Shown: positions 9,601 to 19,550 of the stretch, piece after piece
How positions within the stretch are numbered: the stretch's first letter is position 1
Layout: the number at the start of each line of letters is the position of its first letter
Source of the DNA: an uncultured Roseivirgaceae bacterium
GTDB taxonomy: Bacteria > Bacteroidota > Bacteroidia > Cytophagales > Cyclobacteriaceae
Assembly: GCA_964636035.1 (NCBI GenBank)
Contig: CAZWQB010000001.1
Location: 7,788-71,787, forward strand
Length of the DNA: 64,000 bases
Direction: 5' to 3'
The notes under the pieces: generated by a model
Seen by the model: the letters and a program-made list of their open reading frames with translations, nothing else
What the model was told of the DNA's origin: nothing
Databases searched by the model: none
Program-made: the position numbers and the translations under genes

Positions 9601-9869
9601 TCAGCCAGCTTCACTAAAGTTGATGTCTTTTTGTTAACTGGCGCTGCCGCAAGTTCATCGCCCGGTGGCTCTAATTTGGGGATCTCAAACGTATTTCCCT
9701 GCTGCCTTCAGCTACATTAGCATGCTTCTTCAACCGCCACCCCGGGGCTAAAATACTGCTAATGCGCTACGAAAACAGAAAACATCAGTCGGTGCGGCCT
9801 CTGGGGTCATTTTTTTTCCATCTCCTTAACCTGGTAAACAATCCTGGTTATTTTTGTTTATTTGAAGGT

Positions 9870-10502
9870 ATGCGTGACAAAAAAATACTCCTGGCAAAAG
9901 GCGTGCTGCTTATAATTCATATGGTAGGTATTATAGGTTTGTCTTTTCCTGACCTGAGGCCTTACTTTTTGAGCCTTACACCCCTTACTTTATTAATTTC
10001 AGCAATTTCTTTGTTTTACTTCCATGAAAACTGGAACAAGGCTTTTATTACCTTTCTAATTTTATGTTATGCGTTCGGATACGGAATAGAAGTAGTGGGC
10101 GTAGCAACAGGCCTCGTGTTTGGTGATTATAGCTATAGTGCCGCCCTGGGACCAAAACTAGTAGACACCCCATTGATGATTGGTATCAACTGGCTATTTT
10201 TAATATATGCTACAGGTACAATTGCCAATACATTAAACGCTCCAACGATTATAAAAGCCCTGAGTGGTGCTGTTCTCATGCTAGTACTCGACCTTGCATT
10301 GGAGCCGGTGGCCATTGCGCTCAATTTTTGGGAATGGCCGGGAGATAGTGTGCCGGTGCTCAATTATGCGGCTTGGTTTTTCATTTCGTTTCTATTGCTT
10401 CTCCTTTTTTACCTGATGCCTTTCCAAAAAGGCAATCGATTTGCTTTGTTCCTGTACCTGGTACAGTTGCTATTTTTCATCTTGTTGGGAATTATACTGT
10501 GA
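9870..10502 (+). CDS. Carotenoid biosynthesis membrane protein (PF04240/CruF-like; candidate carotenoid 1,2-hydratase)
   Basis: Polytopic membrane protein with ...LEPVAIALNFWEWPG... Located at the head of the crt cluster. I use the internal ATG at 9870 (MRDKKILLAKG) rather than the track start at 9762. Confidence 0.5.
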   Translation: MRDKKILLAKGVLLIIHMVGIIGLSFPDLRPYFLSLTPLTLLISAISLFYFHENWNKAFITFLILCYAFGYGIEVVGVATGLVFGDYSYSAALGPKLVDTPLMIGINWLFLIYATGTIANTLNAPTIIKALSGAVLMLVLDLALEPVAIALNFWEWPGDSVPVLNYAAWFFISFLLLLLFYLMPFQKGNRFALFLYLVQLLFFILLGIIL

Positions 10503-10916
10503 TCGTCTGCAAAAGTCTTTAACAGTATCGGTTCAAGCGAGGGGGTGCATTAAAAGCGAAAATGGATTCATAATAGCTATTCAACGATAATACGACTTGT
10601 TTCAGAGACGAACATACCCGGTCTATGTTTAAGATACAGGATAGTTCTAGTCGTTTCACCGGGTGTAATATATAGGAGAAAACAAAGATAAAAAATTGTT
10701 ATTGTTTTTTTATAACCTTTCCATCGATGCCGCCGTATAATTCAATAGTTTCGGAAGGAAATTTAATTTAACATCGATTTTTTAATAGAGTATTTAAGCC
10801 TTTCTACAATTTCCCCGGAGCTTAATTTTTTTAACTTTTATTGTCAAATTTTTATTGTTTACTGTTAAACAAATTTCGCTGTTTAACATTTTTTTTAACT
10901 CAAAAACCACTAATTT

Positions 10917-11426
10917 ATGACAGCTTTAGAATTTGGTTATTCTCTCAACAAAATGACAAGATCATTGAAGCCTTTCGCTCTAAGACTCACAAAGGATGCC
11001 GAAGCAGCAAACGATTTATTACAAGAAACTACCTTAAAAGCCTATACTAACAGAGAAAAATTCGCTGATGGTACAAATTTGAAAGCATGGTTGTACACAA
11101 TTATGAAGAATACCTTCATCACCAACTATCAGCGCATGGTAAGAAGAAACACTTTTATTGATACTACCGACAACCTGCACTATCTAAATTCTTCGAACAA
11201 TGTCACCTCAAATCTTGCATATTCAAGCTTTGCCATAAAAGACATCAACAGGGCCATCAGGAAATTAGATGATGCGTACAAGACACCATTCATGATGCAT
11301 TTCAGAGGATTCAAGTATCATGAAATAGCGGATCGCCTTAACATACCTATTGGAACCGTTAAAAACAGAATTCATATTGCACGGAAAGAGCTTAAGGAAA
11401 AGTTACAGAATTACGCTGTAAAATAG
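10917..11426 (+). CDS. ECF-type RNA polymerase sigma-70 family factor
   Basis: Region 2 (DLLQETTLKAYTNREKF...LKAWLYTIMKNTFI) and region 4 HTH (YHEIADRLNIPIGTVKNRIHIARKEL). 169 aa. Confidence 0.85.
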   Translation: MTALEFGYSLNKMTRSLKPFALRLTKDAEAANDLLQETTLKAYTNREKFADGTNLKAWLYTIMKNTFITNYQRMVRRNTFIDTTDNLHYLNSSNNVTSNLAYSSFAIKDINRAIRKLDDAYKTPFMMHFRGFKYHEIADRLNIPIGTVKNRIHIARKELKEKLQNYAVK

Positions 11427-11437
11427 GAGGTTTTTTT

Positions 11438-11530
11438 ATGAAATCGATTCCTAAGGTTTTACGAAAACAACTAGTAACATTTAATCTTATCAGCGCGGTT
11501 ATTAACCTTAATTGGTTGGCACGTGCATAA
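11438..11530 (+). CDS. Speculative 30-codon small ORF between the sigma factor and crtI
   Basis: AGGAGG lies 8 nt upstream of the ATG. The ORF encodes MKSIPKVLRKQLVTFNLISAVINLNWLARA and its stop overlaps the crtI GTG start. No homology evidence. Confidence 0.2.
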   Translation: MKSIPKVLRKQLVTFNLISAVINLNWLARA

Positions 11531-13001
11531 AAAAGTAATTGTCATAGGATCAGGTTTTTCTGGTATTTCTGTGGCAACAAACCTTGCCCATTCTGGCTAT
11601 AGCGTTAAAGTTTTAGAAAAAAATGCCATAGCGGGAGGAAGGGCAAGGTTTTTTTGTGCTGAAGGCTTTAAGTTTGATATGGGGCCCAGCTGGTATTGGA
11701 TGCCAGATGTTTTTGAAGACTATTTCAATCACTTTAATAAAAAGAGGAGCGACTTCTATGAGCTGCAAAGGCTAGACCCTTCGTATACCGTCATTTTTGG
11801 AAAAGATCATTATGTTGATCTTCCTGCCGATTTTACCAGATTGAAAGCACTCTTTGAATCCATTGAAGCAGGCAGCGCTTCAAAGCTGGATTCCTTCATG
11901 GAACAGGCTGCCTATAAGTACCGGGTGGGAATGAAAGACCTGGCCTATCGTCCCGGGAGGTCGGTCATGGAGTTTGCCAATGTGAAATTGCTTTTGGATG
12001 TTCTTAGAATGGACATTTTTAAATCGTTTCACGCCCACGTCAGGAGGTATTTTCGAAACCCGATTTTGTTGAAAATTTCAGAGTTTCCAATTCTTTTTTT
12101 GGGAGCAGTTCCGCAAAATACGCCAGCCTTGTATAGCCTGATGAACTACGCTGACATGAAATTGGGCACCTGGTATCCAAAAGGTGGAATGCATAAAATA
12201 GTAGAAGGAATGGTGGAACTGGCCTCCTCTGAAGGCGTAGACTTCCTTTATAATACGCCTGTTTCTTCAATTGCTGTAAACGACAACAGCTATGTCACAG
12301 AAGTTATTTCAGGAAAAGAAAGGTTCGAAGCAGATATTGTAATTGCTTCTGCAGATTACCAGCACGTAGAGCAAAAGTTAATTCCTGAGAAATACAGGAC
12401 TTACAGCTCGAAATACTGGGAATCCCGCACCATGGCACCCGGCAGTTTGATTTTCTACCTGGGGGTTAACAAAAGACTCGAAAATCTTAATCATCATAAC
12501 CTTTTTTTCGACGAAGACTTTACCAGGCATGCTGCTCAAATTTATGAAACTCCTGAATGGCCGGATAAACCACTATTTTACGTATCGGTTCCATCCAAAA
12601 CTGATGCCACGGTGGCGCCTGCAGGATGCGAAAATGTTTTTATCCTTGTTCCTGTAGCACCCGGGCTGGAGGACAGTGACGATGTCAGAGAAAAGTACTA
12701 TGATATGATCATGAATAGATTGGAAAAACTTACTAACCAACCTATTAAAAATCATGTTACATATAAAAGGAGTTACGCACATAAGGATTTTATTGGTGAT
12801 TATAACTCCTTTAAAGGAAACGCTTACGGCCTCGCGAATACTTTAAAACAAACTGCGTTGCTAAAGCCTTCTTTAAAAAGCAATAAAATTAGAAATTTAT
12901 ACTACACCGGCCAGTTAACTGTGCCAGGGCCTGGAGTTCCTCCATCAATCATATCTGGCCAAATTGTAGCCAGGGAAGTGGAAAAGGATTTTCCAATTTA
13001 A
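11523..13001 (+). CDS. crtI: Phytoene desaturase
   Basis: N-terminal FAD fold KKVIVIGSGFSGISVA. Length of 492 aa and C-terminal ...YYTGQLTVPGPGVPP... are typical of CrtI. GTG start. Confidence 0.9.
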   Translation: MHKKVIVIGSGFSGISVATNLAHSGYSVKVLEKNAIAGGRARFFCAEGFKFDMGPSWYWMPDVFEDYFNHFNKKRSDFYELQRLDPSYTVIFGKDHYVDLPADFTRLKALFESIEAGSASKLDSFMEQAAYKYRVGMKDLAYRPGRSVMEFANVKLLLDVLRMDIFKSFHAHVRRYFRNPILLKISEFPILFLGAVPQNTPALYSLMNYADMKLGTWYPKGGMHKIVEGMVELASSEGVDFLYNTPVSSIAVNDNSYVTEVISGKERFEADIVIASADYQHVEQKLIPEKYRTYSSKYWESRTMAPGSLIFYLGVNKRLENLNHHNLFFDEDFTRHAAQIYETPEWPDKPLFYVSVPSKTDATVAPAGCENVFILVPVAPGLEDSDDVREKYYDMIMNRLEKLTNQPIKNHVTYKRSYAHKDFIGDYNSFKGNAYGLANTLKQTALLKPSLKSNKIRNLYYTGQLTVPGPGVPPSIISGQIVAREVEKDFPI

Positions 13002-13031
13002 AATAGCGGATTATGTTTAGCTTCAAAGCCT

Positions 13032-13865
13032 ATGGATCTTTTTGACATCACCAATTATCAATGCAGTAAACTCATTACTGAACGATATAGCACCTCCTTT
13101 TCTTTGGGGATCAAGGCCCTTGATAAAAAATACCACTTCCCCATTTATGCCATCTATGGCTTTGTCCGCTTTGCCGATGAAATTGTTGATACCTTTCACG
13201 AGCACAACAAGCAGGTGCTTCTTGAGAGATTTAAACAGGATGCACTACTGGCTATCAAAGAAAAAATCAGCCTCAACCCTGTTTTACATTCTTTTCAGAT
13301 TGTTGTTAACAAATATCAAATTGAAGAGTCTCTGATTTTGGCTTTTTTAAAAAGTATGGAAATGGATCTGTCCCATCAAAGCTATAAGGTGGAAAAGTAC
13401 AGCGAATATATTTTCGGATCTGCTGAAGTGGTAGGGTTGATGTGCCTCCGGGTATTTTGTGAAGGGGACGATAATCAATACCAACAACTAAAGCAACCGG
13501 CGCAAAAACTGGGGTCAGCTTTTCAAAAGGTCAATTTCCTCAGAGACATCAAAAGTGACTTTCAGGAGCGGGGCAGGGTTTACTTTCCCGGCCTGGATCT
13601 CGAAAATTTTGATTGCGAAACCAAAAAGATGATAGAAGAAGACATCCAAAAGGATTTTAATGAGGCTTACCAGGGCATTATTAATCTACCGGAAGGTTCT
13701 CGATTAGGTGTTTATCTGGCTTACATTTACTACTTACAGCTTTTTAAGAAGATCAAAAGCTGCCCGGTTACCGAAATCATGAAGCGCAGGATAAGGGTTC
13801 CTGATAACCTAAAATTCGCACTTCTTGTAAAAACGTACTTCAAGCACCAGTTTAACGCGCTATAA
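13032..13865 (+). CDS. crtB: Phytoene synthase
   Basis: Squalene/phytoene synthase Asp-rich motifs (FADEIVD; FLRDIKSD). 277 aa. Directly downstream of crtI. Confidence 0.9.
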   Translation: MDLFDITNYQCSKLITERYSTSFSLGIKALDKKYHFPIYAIYGFVRFADEIVDTFHEHNKQVLLERFKQDALLAIKEKISLNPVLHSFQIVVNKYQIEESLILAFLKSMEMDLSHQSYKVEKYSEYIFGSAEVVGLMCLRVFCEGDDNQYQQLKQPAQKLGSAFQKVNFLRDIKSDFQERGRVYFPGLDLENFDCETKKMIEEDIQKDFNEAYQGIINLPEGSRLGVYLAYIYYLQLFKKIKSCPVTEIMKRRIRVPDNLKFALLVKTYFKHQFNAL

Positions 13866-14545
13866 TGTATACTTATTTGTTGATAAATATACTCACCATC
13901 AGCTTTCCACTGATCAGGTCATTTGAAAAGAAAATATACTTTTTCCAAAACTGGAAATACATTTTCCCGGCTATTGCACTCACCGGCACTTTCTTTATCA
14001 TTTGGGATCATTTTTTCACCATCTGGAACGTCTGGGGGTTCAATACGGAGTATATCTTAGGCACTTTTCTGTTATCCTTACCTCTGGAAGAGTGGCTATT
14101 CTTTCTTACAGTTCCATTTGCGTGTTTCTTTATTTATGAGGTACTGATCTATTTCTTTCCAGGTGATCCGCTAAAAAGCTACGCAAATATTTTCTGCCTG
14201 ATCACAATAGTTGGCTTGGTATTGATAGCAGTTTTTAACAGCGACAAGTTGTACACTTTCGTGACCTCATCGTTGGCTGCTGCTTTTTTGGTTATCCACT
14301 GGCTTATTTACCGTAATAAATATCTTGGCAGGTTCTACTTCACTTACCTGGTGCATTTAATACCATTTTTAATTGTAAATGGAATTCTTACCTACCTTCC
14401 CGTTGTTGAGTATAATAACGAGGAGAACCTGAATATCAGGATTTTGAGTATACCAATAGAAGATGCCGTGTATTCCTTTCTATTGCTGTTGATGAACATT
14501 ACACTCTACGAATTTTTTAGGGAAAAATTTAAACAAAAATCTTAA
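13865..14545 (+). CDS. crtYcd: Fusion-type (CrtYc-CrtYd) lycopene cyclase
   Basis: 226-aa polytopic protein with two lycopene-cyclase-domain signatures (LPLEEWLFF and IPIEDAVYS). The start overlaps the crtB stop (TAATG). Confidence 0.8.
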   Translation: MYTYLLINILTISFPLIRSFEKKIYFFQNWKYIFPAIALTGTFFIIWDHFFTIWNVWGFNTEYILGTFLLSLPLEEWLFFLTVPFACFFIYEVLIYFFPGDPLKSYANIFCLITIVGLVLIAVFNSDKLYTFVTSSLAAAFLVIHWLIYRNKYLGRFYFTYLVHLIPFLIVNGILTYLPVVEYNNEENLNIRILSIPIEDAVYSFLLLLMNITLYEFFREKFKQKS

Positions 14546-14562
14546 GAAGACATTTGCTTTAT

Positions 14563-15408
14563 ATGCTTAACCTTTCTGTACATATCGATACCAATTCCGG
14601 ATTTTGCTTCGGCGTCGTATATGCTATAGAGATGGCAGAGGAAATATTAACGACTGAGGGCATATTGTATTGCCTGGGTGACATTGTGCATAATGATGAG
14701 GAGGTAAAGAGGCTTGAGAAGCTCGGTTTAAAGATAATTGGTCATGATGATCTAAAAAATATCAAAGGATCCAAAGTCTTGATAAGAGCTCATGGTGAAC
14801 CACCTTCCACCTATGAAACCGCTCTGTTGAACAACCTGGAACTAATAGACGCTTCCTGCCCGGTGGTATTAAAGCTCCAAAACCGTATTAAAAACTCTTA
14901 TGACAAGCAAAAAAACGTATATATCTATGGAAAGCACGGCCATGCAGAAGTAATAGGCCTGTTGGGCCAAACCAATAACGAAGCAATAGTATTTCAGGAT
15001 GTTGATGAGCTGGATATACAGACTATGCCCCGGAACATTACCTTATACAGCCAAACCACCAAGAGCACAGATAATTTTTACAGGATAAGGGATTACTTGG
15101 AAAGCAACGGAATTACCACCAATGCCAATGATACCATCTGTAGGCAGGTTTCTAACAGAGACAGAGACTTAAGAAATTTTGCCTCGCAGTACGATAAAAT
15201 AGTTTTTGTATCAGGCACCAAATCTTCCAATGGCAAAGTATTATACAACGTTTGTAAAGAAACCAATAATAATACCTATTTTGTATCTAACCCGAACGAA
15301 TTAGATGCAGTCTGGTTTCGCCAAAACGACTCAGTAGGGATTTGTGGTGCCACCTCCACACCCATGTGGCTTATGGAAGAAGTGAAAGAAAAACTGGTTT
15401 CTTTTTAA
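14563..15408 (+). CDS. ispH: 4-hydroxy-3-methylbut-2-enyl diphosphate reductase
   Basis: The three cluster Cys contexts are SGFCFGV, ASCPVV and TICRQV. I prefer ATG 14563 (MLNLSVHIDTNSGFCFGV) over the track TTG at 14554. Confidence 0.9.
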   Translation: MLNLSVHIDTNSGFCFGVVYAIEMAEEILTTEGILYCLGDIVHNDEEVKRLEKLGLKIIGHDDLKNIKGSKVLIRAHGEPPSTYETALLNNLELIDASCPVVLKLQNRIKNSYDKQKNVYIYGKHGHAEVIGLLGQTNNEAIVFQDVDELDIQTMPRNITLYSQTTKSTDNFYRIRDYLESNGITTNANDTICRQVSNRDRDLRNFASQYDKIVFVSGTKSSNGKVLYNVCKETNNNTYFVSNPNELDAVWFRQNDSVGICGATSTPMWLMEEVKEKLVSF

Positions 15409-15418
15409 CAACCTTTCT

Positions 15419-16099
15419 ATGGATGCTATGCGACTACATAAAGGGACAATTATTGCCTGCCTGATCATTGCAATGTGGTGCGCGACCTTAAGTATGCTGC
15501 TGAGCTTTGAAATCGATTGGTTCTCGCCGCTCCCCTACATCCTTGTATTGGTGCAAACCCACCTTTACACCGGACTATTCATTACCGGCCATGACGCGAT
15601 GCATGGTACTGTTTCCAGAAATAAGAAGGTAAACAAAACGATAGGAATAATTGCCATTGGCCTTTTTGCCTACAACTCTTACTGGCGATTGTTGCCCAAA
15701 CACCACAAGCATCACCGGCACGTGGGCACTCATGATGATCCAGATTATCACAAAGGTTCATTTCCGGTGTGGTATTTTAAGTTTTTGAATCAATATGTCA
15801 CCATTTGGCAAATCCTGCTGATGGCATTGACCTACAACCTTTTAATCCTGTTTTTCCCTACACAAAATGTTGTTCTTTTCTGGATTATCCCGTCGGTATT
15901 ATCCACCTTTCAGCTTTTTTATTTTGGTACTTACCTTCCCCATAAAGGCGAGCACGCTGAAAACAATATTCATAAATCGACCACGCTGAAAAAAAATCAC
16001 CTATACGCCTTCCTTACCTGCTACTTTTTTGGTTATCATTATGAGCATCATGACGCGCCGCATGTCCCGTGGTGGCAGCTTTACAGACAAAAGGGGTAA
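15419..16099 (+). CDS. crtW: Beta-carotene 4-ketolase
   Basis: His boxes HDAMHG, HHKHHRH and YHYEHHDAPHVPWW align well by eye with Paracoccus-type CrtW. Confidence 0.85.
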   Translation: MDAMRLHKGTIIACLIIAMWCATLSMLLSFEIDWFSPLPYILVLVQTHLYTGLFITGHDAMHGTVSRNKKVNKTIGIIAIGLFAYNSYWRLLPKHHKHHRHVGTHDDPDYHKGSFPVWYFKFLNQYVTIWQILLMALTYNLLILFFPTQNVVLFWIIPSVLSTFQLFYFGTYLPHKGEHAENNIHKSTTLKKNHLYAFLTCYFFGYHYEHHDAPHVPWWQLYRQKG

Positions 16100-16219
16100 A
16101 AGCCTAAAACTTTTATTCTGAATATTGATTTATGATTGTCAATAGTGCCGCAAACAAGGTGTAGTGCCGGAGATTGAAAAATTTGGCAATACACCTCTGA
16201 TAATTTATAACAGAAGAAT

Positions 16220-17314
16220 ATGAATTTTGATAATCAGTTTAGATTTCGGTTCAGAGAAATCCTGGTCATTATAATCTTATGGATTATAAGTTTAAACATC
16301 TACATAGTCATCCGGTATTGGGGAATTTCCGAACTTTCAGGTTCATTTTTTACGATCGAGAGAATTGCTTTCAGCGATTTTTATCTTCTTGCACTGGTCG
16401 GCGGTATCGCCATTGGTTTCTTTACAGGGGTTTTTGAGCTCTTCTTCTACCCCGATGTATTGAACAGAAGATCCTTTTTGATGGTAATTTTCTACAAAAG
16501 TATCTTTTATCTTATTGTTCTTGTTGGAGTAATTTTGGTTCTGACCTGTTGTTATTTTCTCTTCAAAGGCTTTTCATTCGTTCACGCCATGGATAAAGCA
16601 GGAAGTTTTGTCAGTACCGATTCTTTTATATCACTCATTATTTACCTGGCCATCGTAAGCCTGCTCATCAACTACATCAGGTTGATCAGCAACAAATTTG
16701 GTCCTGATATGCACTGGAACATGGTATTTGGGAAATACCATGAACCTAAGGAAGAAGAGTTGATTTTTATGTTTTTGGATTTAAAATCCTCCACTACCAT
16801 TGCCGAACAACTCGGACATATACGGTTTAGCTCCTTTTTGCAGGATTATTTCCGGGATCTATCAAGATTGGTAATTGCTTACCGGGCGCAAATCTATCAA
16901 TACGTAGGCGATGAAGCGGTGATTACCTGGACGCTCAAAGGAGGCTTGAGCAGAAGCAACTGCATTCGGTTTTTCTATGCCTTCGAACGCCGGATTTCCA
17001 GGAAAAAAAAGTATTACCATAGAAAGTATGGCTTCGAACCAGAGTTTAAAGCCTCATTGAACGTGGGCACCGTAACGGTGGCAGAAGTAGGCGAAATAAA
17101 AAGTGAAATAGCCTACCATGGCGACGTGGTGAATACCGCATCGCGGCTACAGGAGCAGTGCAATAGATTTGGAAAAAAACTGCTCGTATCCGAACATCTT
17201 CACAAATACCTGAAAAACCACAAGGCTTTACAGCAGGAGTTTATCGACCGAGTCATTCTAAAGGGAAAGGAAAAACCTTTAAATATTTACAGCGTAGAAT
17301 TAAAGGATGTTTGA
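16220..17314 (+). CDS. Membrane-anchored class III adenylate/guanylate cyclase
   Basis: N-terminal multi-TM region, then a cyclase homology domain (FMFLDLKSST..., YVGDEAV..., GDVVNTASRLQE). Confidence 0.8.
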   Translation: MNFDNQFRFRFREILVIIILWIISLNIYIVIRYWGISELSGSFFTIERIAFSDFYLLALVGGIAIGFFTGVFELFFYPDVLNRRSFLMVIFYKSIFYLIVLVGVILVLTCCYFLFKGFSFVHAMDKAGSFVSTDSFISLIIYLAIVSLLINYIRLISNKFGPDMHWNMVFGKYHEPKEEELIFMFLDLKSSTTIAEQLGHIRFSSFLQDYFRDLSRLVIAYRAQIYQYVGDEAVITWTLKGGLSRSNCIRFFYAFERRISRKKKYYHRKYGFEPEFKASLNVGTVTVAEVGEIKSEIAYHGDVVNTASRLQEQCNRFGKKLLVSEHLHKYLKNHKALQQEFIDRVILKGKEKPLNIYSVELKDV

Positions 17315-17456
17315 CAGCGATTTCTTCACATAATCTTCCGGTTTTACATTTGCCAGGTCTGATTCTATCGTATACCAGCGATCGGAGGCAATGCCTTGGC
17401 TTGTTCCCAGCCAGTTTAACAATATCAATTAATAAAAAGCAATTTTTTAATATAAC

Positions 17457-19538
17457 ATGGCAAGTGAAATGAGGTACTTCGACAGAGATTTAAGTTGGCT
17501 CACCTTTAACTACAGAGTGCTGCTCGAAGCCAGGGATAAAAATGTACCACTGTATGAGCGCATCAAGTTTCTGGGAATTTACTCCTCCAACCTCGACGAA
17601 TTCTTCAGGGTCAGGGTAGCTTCTTTACAGGGACTTAAAAAGCTGGACAAGAAAAACAGAAAGGAATACCTGGATTTTAAGCCCAAGCAGTTACTCAATA
17701 AAATACACGAAGTTGTAGACCGCCAGCAAAACGAGTTTGGTCAGATATTCCGCGACGATATTCTTCCCGAATTAAAGTCTCAGGGAATTATATTGTATAA
17801 CAAAGAAATTAATCTACTTCCCTCACACCAGGCCTTTATTACAAGGTATTTCCGGAATAGAGTACTGTCATATCTTCAACCTGTCTTCCTCAAAACGGAT
17901 AGTTCCAATCTTTTTCTGGATAACCGGAAAATTTATTTTGCTGTGAGGTTGCGGAAGCAGAAAGACGGCGGCACTGATGAGGTAAGATATGCGCATGTAA
18001 ACATCCCCTCTGACAACCTGCCACGGTTTTTGGAATTGCCCGGTGTAGATGACAAGCATTATTATATATTCCTGGATGATATCATTCTGTTCAACTTGAA
18101 GCTCATTTTTCCCGGCTATGAAATCATCGACGCCTATAGCATTAAACTCAACCGGGATGCGGACCTGCAAATTGAGGATGAATACGAAGGAGACCTGGTT
18201 GATAAAATTAAGAGAAGTCTCTCCAAACGCCAGAAAGGCCCCCCTGCAAGATTCTTGTATGATTTGAATATGCCCAAAGAGTTTTTGCTGAACCTGAAAA
18301 CGGTATTTCAGCTCCGCGAAAAGGACCTGGTTCCGGGCGGCAGGTATCATAATTTATTTGATCTGATGGATTTGCCGAACCCTCTGAAACCTGCTCTGGA
18401 AGCGCCACCTGCACCTCCCCTTCCAGATGTTGAATTGGAGCGCTTTGAGTCTATGTTTCAGGCAATTGACGAAAAAGACAGAATCGTACACTTTCCATAT
18501 CAGTCCTATGAATATGTACTGCGCTTTTTTAATGAAGCCAGCGTAGATCCTTATGTAAAAGAAATTAAGATTACCCTGTACAGGATAGCCGGTGAATCAT
18601 TCATAGCGAATTCACTCATAAGCGCAGCAAGAAATGGAAAAAAGGTAACGGTATTTGTAGAAGTTAAAGCCAGGTTTGATGAGGCAAATAATCTTAAATG
18701 GGCTTCAGAAATGGAGGCGGCAGGCATCCGGATAATTTACAGTATTCCTGGTCTTAAAGTACATGCAAAGGTTGCACTTGTAGTCCGGCAATCGCAGACC
18801 GGTGAGATCAAAAAATACGCCTATCTCGGAACAGGAAATTTCAACGAGACCACGGCACGTATATATGCAGACCATGGACTGTTTACCTGTCACCAGCACC
18901 TTTCAGAAGAACTGGATAGCGTATTTGAATATTTAAGAGTACAGAAACAAATTGCGAAGCTGGAACATCTCCTGGTGGCAAAACACAACCTACAGGAAAA
19001 ATTCATTGCCCTGATAGACAGAGAAATTCAAAATGTAAAAGCTGGTAAAAAAGGCCATATCATTATCAAATTGAATAACATCCAGGATAATGTTATGATC
19101 GATAAGTTATATGAAGCAAGTGAAGCAGGTGTTCAAATTCAGCTAATCATCCGGGCTATCTGTTGTGTAATCCCCCAAAAACCCGGTTTAAGCGAAAACA
19201 TTGAATTGCTAAGGATAGTAGATGGGTTTCTGGAACATGCGCGGGTTTTCATCTTTCATAACGACGGCAATGAAGAAATGTATATTGGCTCTGCAGATTG
19301 GATGAAGCGCAACCTTTATAGGCGAATTGAGGTATGTTATCCTATATACGATCAAGACGTGAAATCAGAAATCAGGAAGATCATTCAGTTCCAGTTAGAT
19401 GACAACACCAAAGCAACACGCCTGGATCAGGAGCTGAACCATTTGGAGATGAGTAACCAGGGCACCAGGTTGATCAGAGCGCAGCAAGAAATCTATAATT
19501 GGTTAAAGGCTAAAAATCCGGAAACCATTTCACAATAG
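17457..19538 (+). CDS. ppk1: Polyphosphate kinase 1
   Basis: 693 aa. N-terminus YFDRDLSWLTFNYRVLLEA, IYSSNLDEFFRVRVA, and PLD-like HAKVALV motifs. Confidence 0.95.
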   Translation: MASEMRYFDRDLSWLTFNYRVLLEARDKNVPLYERIKFLGIYSSNLDEFFRVRVASLQGLKKLDKKNRKEYLDFKPKQLLNKIHEVVDRQQNEFGQIFRDDILPELKSQGIILYNKEINLLPSHQAFITRYFRNRVLSYLQPVFLKTDSSNLFLDNRKIYFAVRLRKQKDGGTDEVRYAHVNIPSDNLPRFLELPGVDDKHYYIFLDDIILFNLKLIFPGYEIIDAYSIKLNRDADLQIEDEYEGDLVDKIKRSLSKRQKGPPARFLYDLNMPKEFLLNLKTVFQLREKDLVPGGRYHNLFDLMDLPNPLKPALEAPPAPPLPDVELERFESMFQAIDEKDRIVHFPYQSYEYVLRFFNEASVDPYVKEIKITLYRIAGESFIANSLISAARNGKKVTVFVEVKARFDEANNLKWASEMEAAGIRIIYSIPGLKVHAKVALVVRQSQTGEIKKYAYLGTGNFNETTARIYADHGLFTCHQHLSEELDSVFEYLRVQKQIAKLEHLLVAKHNLQEKFIALIDREIQNVKAGKKGHIIIKLNNIQDNVMIDKLYEASEAGVQIQLIIRAICCVIPQKPGLSENIELLRIVDGFLEHARVFIFHNDGNEEMYIGSADWMKRNLYRRIEVCYPIYDQDVKSEIRKIIQFQLDDNTKATRLDQELNHLEMSNQGTRLIRAQQEIYNWLKAKNPETISQ

Positions 19539-19550
19539 ATCAAAAAAACG

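Noticed and set aside
9762-9869. N-terminal extensions of track ORFs (9762 for the CruF-like gene, 23956 for the HisA-like gene, 50097 for dapF, 28885 for the MerC-like gene)
   Set aside because: The extensions have no family resemblance. Internal ATGs give N-termini that match the family consensus.
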